Source: Bugula neritina (taxonomy: Eukaryota > Animalia > Bryozoa). Taken from it: a DNA stretch of 64,000 nt. Below are positions 55,823 to 64,000 of the stretch, one piece after another; position 1 is the stretch's first letter; the number at the start of each line of letters is the position of its first letter. Both the position numbers and the translations under genes were made by a program. The DNA lies in the NCBI GenBank assembly GCA_964035545.1, contig OZ037768.1:6914741-6978740 (forward strand), given 5' to 3'. The notes under the pieces are model-generated. The model saw only the letters and a program-made list of their open reading frames with translations. It was not told the DNA's origin and ran no database searches.

Positions 55823-58800
55823 GTAGTGCTTTCAGATTGTTAAAGATATATATTTTTTATTTAAAAAAATCTCACACGACTAAATAGTTTCGTACAGTGA
55901 TATATATATATATATATATATATCTATATATAGATATATATATATATATATATCTATATATATATATATATATGCAGTGGCGAAATAAGTTTATGTGTAT
56001 AATAGATTTACTTTAGAAATAATTATTATGTTGTCAGTTATATTGATTTAATACACAGATACAACTGTCTGTCACAGCAGAAATAAACTGCACATGATTT
56101 ATTATCAACTGTTTGACTTACATTATTATAGTCTATGCTGATTATTAGGTCTATTGCTACGTTGTGTTACGTAAGATCTATAATTAGAGGTGTTGTGTTA
56201 TAGCTTGGATTAGAACCCTTCAATGGAGTTGGTATACTAGGCTTCAATAGCAAAGAATGGTTTCTATCAAACCTGGGAGCAATATTTGCTGGGTAAATAT
56301 CAGGCTTATCGTTGATTTCTATCATTCATTGGGTACTTGAAGGCTAGTAGTTTTATTGCCTGTATAGTTATATTGAATATAGTCCCTTATAACTTGACAT
56401 TATATAATATTTGCCTCGTTATCACTAAGTTGTAGCTAGGAGGAGTTTTTAAATTGAGTAAACCCTTCAAAGTTTACGATTGGTTATCTTTCATTCCATT
56501 TGTTGTAAATTATATTCAATTTTTCCTGGTTTTTCAAGTCTGCATATCCAATAAATTCATGTAAAGTTTAAAGCATCCATGTTATTATTTTAGAGGGTTG
56601 AGTGTTGGTGTATATGCTACAAACACTCCAGACGCCGTAGCCTTTGTTCTCGAAAGCTCACAGTCCAATGTTTGTGTAGTTGAAAATGATGCCCAACTTC
56701 AGAAAGTGCTGAAAGTGTGGGACCAACTACCCCACCTGAAAGCAGTGGTTCAGTATGTGGGCAAACCAAGTACAGAGAAGGAGAATGTATACTCTGTAAG
56801 TTTACTGACTGTGATGGTGCCGTTAAAGTAGAGGTGGTTATGGTGAAAGTGGTTGCAGTGAAGCTGGTTGTAGTGAATCTGGCTATAGTGTAGCTAGGTA
56901 TACAGCTGGTTGCTTCTACGGTGGTTATGTGTAGCTGGTTATAGTGAAGGTGACTGCAGTGTAGCTGGGTGTAGGTGAGTAAAGCTAGTTGAAGCTGGGT
57001 GTAGGTGAGTAAAGCTAGTTGAAGTTGAGTGTAAGTGAGTAAAGCTAGTTGAAGCTGGGTGTAAATGAGTAAAGCTAGTTGAAGCTGGGTGTAAATGAGT
57101 AAAGTTAGTTGAAGCTGGTTGTAGGTGAGTAAAGCTAGTTGAAGCTGGGTGTAGGTGAGTGTAGCTAGTTGAAGCTGGGTGTAGGTGAGTAAAGCTAGTT
57201 GAAGCTGGGTGTAGGTGAGTAAAGCTAGTTGAAGTTGAGTGTAGGTGAGTAAAGCTAGTTGAAGCTGGGTGTAGGTGAGTAAAGCTAGTTGAAGCTGGGT
57301 GTAAGTGAGTAAAGCTAGTTGAAGCTGGGTGTAGGTGAGTAAAGCTAGTTGAAGCTGGGTGTAGGTGAGTAAAGTTAGTTGAAGCTGGGTGTAGGTGAGT
57401 AAAGCTAGTTGAAGCTGGGTGTAGGTGAGTAAAGCTAGTTGAAGCTGGGTGTAGGTGAGTAAAGTTAGTTGAAGCTGGGTGTAGGTGAGTAAAGCTAGTT
57501 GAAGCTGCGTGTAGGTGAGTGTAACTGGTAGCTCTTCAACAGATGAGTAAACAGACCTGTTGATTTAATGACAAACTGTTTCTTCTATAGTTGTCAAGAT
57601 GAACAGCTTTTCAGGTGGTGCTTGTTGTGTCTTGCATTGCTTTTCATTAACTCTTGTTGCCATTTGTACTAGAATGTGATTTAGAAAGATAAAGCAGTGT
57701 GGGTGGTTATGTCTCTGATAAGGCATCACGTAACACTTGGCTACTAGAGTATTGCTCACCAGTTAGAGTTTTATTCTTCATACAGGGATTATCTATAGCA
57801 GGGACTATCAGCACAGTATTGTAGTGTAAAGTAGACGGGTTTTATTGATAGTATTACCTGTTCTGTAGTGGGAGGAGTTTATAAAGCTCGGTTCAGAAGT
57901 ACCAGATGAAGAGTTGCAGCAGAGAATGGATGCTCAATATGTGAACAAATGTTGTGCTCTCATCTATACAGTATGTTGTCGTGTAACTTTTACAATGCTT
58001 TTGGGAATTGTACTCGCATTAAATTACATTAATTTGTATTCCTAGTCTTCAAGCTATACAAGCTGAATGCACATAGCAAACCTTTAGCAAGTGATGTATT
58101 ATGAATGTGAGCTGGAAACTAGTGTAGAAGTTAAAAGTTAAACACATTACACAAGCTATAACTATATATACGTTCATATTTGTAACATATTCCATTATCT
58201 GTCCAATGGTAGTGATGACAATGTTTACTGCAGGTTTGCCCAGCTTCATTTCACAAATGCCTACAACATATTCCGATTTGTAATTCTTCCTACTAGATTT
58301 TCAATAAGCCTTGCATTGCAGATTCTGTGTATTGATTGAGCAGTAAATCCAGCTAATGTTATTAGTGCCAGTATTGGAAATATTTCTTAAGGAATGTAAA
58401 TATTTTGAAAGTTTTCAATCAGTTACTGAAGCTAATAGCTAATAGCTTATGTTTATAAATACTCTTTTGTAATATGATTTACTGTATTTATTTCAGTCTG
58501 GGACTACCGGTAATCCAAAGGGTGTAATGCTAAGTCATGACAACGTAAGTGATGCTGTCAGCAACTATAAATACTGTAGTTACATGATAATACTATATTA
58601 TATAGCATTCACGTTTAGGTACTGATGTTATTTCCATATGCTAGGTCTATAGAACATTCTAGTGTAGTTTGCAACTGTTTTATTTAACATTTACAGCTTG
58701 AGCTATATTTAAGCAAATTGGCTCATGAAATACACTTGTATTATTTGGCTATCTGCTGTACTATTTATCAGTTGAATATACGTATTGAATGGACTGAGGC

Positions 58801-61800
58801 CTGATAATTGCTTGCATAAGTTTAGTAAGTTCAAGTTTTACACTCAATGTGAGGATTCCACATAGAATTCTGTTATTGAAGTCATGCCATGAGCTGTGTG
58901 CTTCATAGAATGGGTGATTAGAATATCTGCTTGCCATTAATTTTATAGAACTGATACTTCATGCATCATATGCTTGTAATTTGTTGAAACTGTGTCATCA
59001 ATTCCTACATTGATATTAAATCATAAGGTACTGGTATGATCTAGTGGAGATAAATCATGGCTAAGTCATGAGTACAATGCATAACTTGTGATTCGCCGTT
59101 ATTGGAAGCTGTGAACACATGCTGAGAAAATTTTACTAATCATGTTCTCTTCTATATTTTAGCTGACATTTGCCTGCCGTGTAATTGGACAGTTTGTAAA
59201 AGTGCGAACAGCCTGTGAAACTATTGTTAGTTATCTGCCCCTGAGCCATATTGCTGCCCAGATGTTAGACATATACTTGCCTATATCTTACGCTGCCACA
59301 GTGTACTTTGCTCAACCTGATGCCTTCAAGGTATGCAGTTCTACTTATATCCTGTATCTCATATTCCCGTAGATAAATTTCAAGAACTTTCTAGAACTAA
59401 TCTCACTAAGCTCGTGGTTGTATTCCCATAAGGGTATTTAGAATGCCAAGAAAGTCCTGGTGGGTTAAGACACAGCCTTGCAAATTGCTTCTAATCTCCC
59501 AATGAATTGGCTGTCACCATTATAAAAATATGCAAAAAGAATTTATTGCATTAAATATAAAGTAATATTTAGTAAAAACAAATAATTGATAAAAATAATA
59601 TGCTTTTGCAAATACACCACTTTTGTGAGTTGGAGTTGTGTTAACCTGTGTGGGATATTTTTTATTTTTTATGATAATACAGCTGCACGATAAAGGTAGA
59701 AATATGCAGCAGTACTGGATTGTGTGTATGTAATCCAACTCCATCTTATGCAAACACAAGTATGTTGCACTATTCAACAATGTATGGTATTTGCTTTCAG
59801 GGCTCTCTAAATACTACACTGAAAGAAACTAGCCCAACAATCTTTTTCGGAGTTCCTCGAGTGTTTGAAAAAATGTCGGAGAAGATCAAAATTGGTCTTA
59901 ATGAATTGGGATCTCTAAAGAAGAAGCTGGTTGGGTGGGCACGGGGGAAGTGCCGCCAAGCTGCTGAGAATATGAAAGTCGGGTACGGGATATGTTCTAG
60001 TTTGATTACATTCAAGATGATGGTTTATGTTTCTCTCTGGTTGATGGAAGCTGATATATTTTGATTAATTTTATTTAATTATTTTTTATTACTCTTTATA
60101 GTTTTCTCTTACTTTCACTACTGTATATTTATGAGCAGTGATAAATTATTGGTTCTTGCTCATGCATATAGTTTATAGTTTCTATTGTATTTTTATATCT
60201 ACCAGGCAAGGACCTCCATTTGGGCACGGCATTGCTCTGAAGATTCTGGGAACTATCCGAGTCAACCTTGGTCTAACAAATTGCCGGTACTTGTATGCCG
60301 GAGCCGCTCCTCTTACTCCAGAAACACATGAGTTCTTCGCTTCCCTCGGTTTGCCCGTCATGGAAGTCTATGGTGAGTGAATTTGCCTCCCACTTCTTGT
60401 TTTTTGTTTTGCCAACACACAATCTTATATTCAATGACTGGGTTGGTATTTTTAATAATTATTTCTAAATCAACTTCTCCAAGTTAACTTTTTATCGAAA
60501 GCATTCTTAGTGTGTCGAATATTCTACTTGGTTGAAGTGTTCTGGGAAAATTTAGTCATCCAATAAAATGTGCACACAACTTCCTACTTTCTAGACGTCT
60601 AATTTGTTATACTCTGAAACTAGGCATGAGTGAGACAACTGGGGGTAACTCCATGACTGCTTGGGTGGAGGGAAACAAACATTGGAAGCCAAACTCTGCT
60701 GGCTTTAGAATGCCTGGATTCAGCTATGACCTTCTGGACAAAGATGAGAAAGGTCACGGAGAAATCGCGATGTATGGCCGCCATGTTTTGATGGGGTATC
60801 TGGGAGAAGAAGAGAAAACGAAGGATACTTTTGACAGCGAGTACAGGCTGAAGTCCGGTGACATTGGCTATGTAGATAAAGACGGTTTTCTTTTTATTTC
60901 TGGGAGGATTAAAGGTGAGCGCATGCTTTTTCTATGGATTCAAATTATTTGAATACTTAAGAAAAACATTCTTCTTAATTAACAAAAAATCATAAAGTTA
61001 TAGACTTTATAGTCAATCGGATGCAATAATATATCTTTGTTATTATATAATATGTCACTTTGCATAAGAAACCATCAACAGGGGAAAAAGCTAACCTATC
61101 ATACTTGTTAAGCTGATGGTTGTGATTGAAAATATTTTGTTTAGTATATGCTTATTCTATATTGCCTGGGTTTTGGTAGAGTTATTGATTACTGCGGGTG
61201 GTGAGAATGTAGCCCCTGTACCTATCGAAAATGAAGTTAAAGAAGCTCTACCTCAAGTTTCCAACTGCATGCTCATTGGAGACAAACGAAAATTCCTCTC
61301 TATCCTAATTACACTGAAGGTAAATTGCCTGTGTACTCATCTATACTCACCTTTACACAATGTCTTGCAGAGTCAGTTCATTGTTCTATATATTATGCTA
61401 TTCTATTGTAAAGCTAAAATTTATTGCTAATTTTATTTTATGAAACTAAATAGGCTTATACCCATATTATATAAACTCATACACATATTTAACATATATA
61501 CACATATTTCGCATGCAATATACGCATATACCTGTAATATACACATATTATACCGGCAATATACACTTATTATATATATATAACAAATCTGTTTAGACTG
61601 AAGTTGATCTGGAAACTTTAATTCCCAAAGAAGAGTTCACACCTCAGACTATTGAATGGTGTAAATCTATTGGAAGTTCAGCAACTAAGGTTTGTTTAGT
61701 TTATCTGAAATTGAACACTATAATATATTAAAATATATTGTAGATGTCCCACGTATTTACACTGGTTATACTGGAATGTATGTTTGTAGACAAATATGTA

Positions 61801-62333
61801 TATTATGGTGTGTTGGTATGTATAATATGGTGTGTTGGTATGTATAATATGATGTGTTGGTATGTATATTATGATGTGTTGGTATGTATAATATGATGTG
61901 TTGGTATGTATAATATGATGTGTTGGTATGTATAATATGATGTGTTGGTATGTATATTTCAGGTGTCTGATGTGCTAGACGATAAAGACGAGGCAGTAAA
62001 GAAAGCTATACAGGAAGGTATTAATACAGCGAATAAAAAGAGCGAGTCAAATGCTAAGAAGATAGCAAAGTTTACTATCCTGGCTAATGATTTTAGTGTT
62101 AGTGGCGGAGAACTGGGTGAGTAATTCTGTCTGTTATTGTTGGTTAATAAAAGATAATGAAAAACCTTAACATCTGGTCACTTTAAACATTCCCCAATCT
62201 AGCAGTAAATTTTTAGCTGTGATATCATTTTTTTAACATTTTATTTTGTTTTTTAGGTCCGACTATGAAGTTGAAGAGGCCCGTTGTTATTGCCAAGTAC
62301 TCCGATGTGATAGAAAAGATGTATGAGGATTGA
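51445..62333 (+). CDS. ACSBG2: Long-chain-fatty-acid-CoA ligase, bubblegum/ACSBG family
   Basis: Motifs ILGFNSKEWF, YTSGTTGNPKGVMLSHDN, SYLPLSHIAAQ, YGMSE, YGRHVLMGY, SGDIG, GRIKELLITAGGENVAP and GGELGPTMKLKR. The N-terminal exons (51445-51536, 53488-53540) are less certain. Confidence 0.9.
52890..53075 (+). repeat. Degenerate 32-42 bp tandem repeat
   Basis: About five copies of caatataca(t/g)(a/g)gaac.ctata..gtat. Confidence 0.7.
55765..55973. repeat. Two (TA)n microsatellites
   Basis: Directly visible. Confidence 0.95.
56971..57520 (+). repeat. 30-bp minisatellite (gtaggtgagtaaagctagttgaagctgggt), 18 full copies plus a partial
   Basis: Exact 30-nt register through an ACSBG intron. Confidence 0.97.
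61797..61955 (+). repeat. 22-bp minisatellite (tataatatgatgtgttggtatg), about 7 copies
   Basis: Tandem array ending just before the acceptor tttcag at 61962. Confidence 0.9.
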
Positions 62334-62964
62334 CTGTCGGATGAAGATATTACCCGTTTGCTGATTGGTCCAATGTTGACCAGCAAACTTTAATGCATAT
62401 CACTTACCAAATATTAGCTTTTTCAGTATCTAAGTAAAATATGATCCTTACTCTTCTCAAACAGGCTTCACATCAAATATTTTGTCATGTAGCTCGAGGT
62501 TGTACTAAATGAACAGTACATACTTGTGTAGCTATGCAATATAGTTAACGTAGCTCAATTCATCAAACATTCCTCATATCACTTATATAGTTTATGTTTC
62601 CTATTGCTTTGAAACAAACTAGTAAATAATAGTCAACAACATTGTGAGAAAAAATATATTAATATTATTATTATGTTGGAGTTTGTATAGCATTGTATTT
62701 GTTCAACATGTTCATTCTTGTTCAGTGTTTGTGTCATGTTCACCCTTACAGTTTGTATCATAATATTTGTATTTACGTAGTTATTTCTAACACTTTCAGA
62801 TTATTAACCCTTTCTGAGATATATTATCTCAGTAAACCAAAATAAAAGGTGAAAATTAAACTTATTCTCATTTCTTTGACTTGTGCCCTTTTTTTATCTA
62901 AAAGAAGTACCTGATGAAACAGTCACAAACCATGTGTTGAGATCTTGACCTGTGGTCATGGGCT

Positions 62965-63085
62965 CCCTATGTTAGGAAGAGCATCCAGTCATAATTGCTC
63001 CTGTGCCCCATCTTAATAAGTCCTTAGCCCAATTTAACAAAAACCCATTCCACCAGCGGGTTTTCTCACAGGGGTGGCGAGTTTA
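62965..63085 (+). mobile_element. 5'-degenerate copy of the SINE at 10.2-10.5 kb
   Basis: gttaggaagagcatccagtcataattgctcctgtgcc...aataagtcctta...ttctcacaggg is shared with 10401-10500. Confidence 0.75.
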
Positions 63086-63311
63086 ATGCCACCCGATTAG
63101 GAACTGGTGGAGAAAGGTGAGAGTAAAATCATAAGCTTGGTGGAAGCTGTATGTCTAGACATTGCTGCCGTTAATGTAAAATAACTCGATCCTTAATAAA
63201 CATAACTCCCTGGTACTCTAGACATTGGGTACAAACATTTAATACTATAACAATATATATACTATATATTTTCATGTATGTATGTATATATATATACTAT
63301 ATATTTTTATG

Positions 63312-63352
<41 letters not shown>

Positions 63353-63371
63353 TATATACATAAAAACAATA

Positions 63372-63410
<39 letters not shown>

Positions 63411-63414
<4 letters not shown>

Positions 63415-63721
63415 GACAAACCCCGAAACAGCTGCTGTCCACAGATTGAGGTATTATGCTCTCACTTAATGCTCAGCAATGACATTCAGTGATTGAGCTC
63501 TCTCACCATGGTCACAAACTCAAGCTGCTAGCATTTTGCAAGGCTCGTGACTCCTAGATGACCCCTAGAGTCACTTGAGCTCTCTGACTTGAGTTTACAC
63601 ACCTTTTAAATATGCTTTAGTAGAAACATAAGTTTCTACTATTGCGAAGGTGTGGGCCATGGTACTCTGTTCTGTGCTGATGAGGGGACAAACCCCCGAA
63701 ACAGCTGCTGTCCACAGATTG

Positions 63722-63727
<6 letters not shown>
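63411..63727 (+). mobile_element. Retrozyme / Penelope pseudo-LTR-like insertion in (TA)n
   Basis: A 44-45 bp direct repeat (63411-63454 and 63683-63727) with a period of about 273 nt, flanked on both sides by (TA)n. Contains a hammerhead ribozyme. Confidence 0.75.
63671..63718 (+). ncRNA. Type I hammerhead ribozyme
   Basis: Stem I TCTGTG/CACAGA, core CTGATGA (63677-63683), stem II GGGG/CCCC with loop ACAAAC, GAAA (63698-63701), stem III CAG/CTG, and cleavage triplet GTC ending at 63712. Confidence 0.9.
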
Positions 63728-63796
<69 letters not shown>

Positions 63797-63824
63797 TATA
63801 TTGATTTTATGTATATATATATAT

Positions 63825-63867
<43 letters not shown>

Positions 63868-64000
63868 GGAAGTTATGTACTCTTGGCAACAAAGGACATG
63901 CTGTTGCCCATGTATAAACTATCTAGGTACTTCACTAAACCATCCAAAGGAACAGTAAAGATGTTACAATTTTGCAAAAACACTGCTAAAGCAGCTATAT

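Noticed and set aside
56971-57520. CRISPR-like regular array
   Set aside because: Units are contiguous with no unique spacers, the context is eukaryotic, and no cas genes are present.
62905-62930. Another CTGATGA followed by AAC
   Set aside because: No helix II or flanking stems, so it is not a hammerhead.
63595-63958. ORFs with YIYIYI runs (also at 55600-55843)
   Set aside because: Translations of (TA)n microsatellites.

Overview
AT-rich, intron-containing animal (probably invertebrate) genomic DNA; the species cannot be determined from the sequence. Exon structures were assembled by hand from GT/AG boundaries and reading-frame phase. Genes in order: 5'-truncated ALIX/PDCD6IP (+); two intronless SAT/SSAT-like GNAT acetyltransferases (-), one nested antisense in an ALIX intron; HEXIM (-); TXNDC5-like PDI (+); RPL30 (-); a WD40-only LRWD1-like gene (-); Rheb (+); NARS2 (+); an M6PR/ATG27-like membrane protein (-); and an ACSBG/bubblegum acyl-CoA ligase (+). 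Mobile DNA includes a 4.86-kb TTAA-flanked Kolobok-type element with THAP and KolX (P2X7-ballast-like) genes but no visible transposase, several MITEs (one nested in another), and tRNA-derived SINE copies. The top find is a complete type I hammerhead ribozyme in a 273-nt unit with a partial terminal repeat, inserted in (TA)n at 63.4-63.7 kb, resembling a retrozyme or Penelope pseudo-LTR. Also notable are period-3/6 cryptic repeats and palindromes clustered near gene 5' ends, and an intronic minisatellite carrying 15 consensus 5' splice sites.
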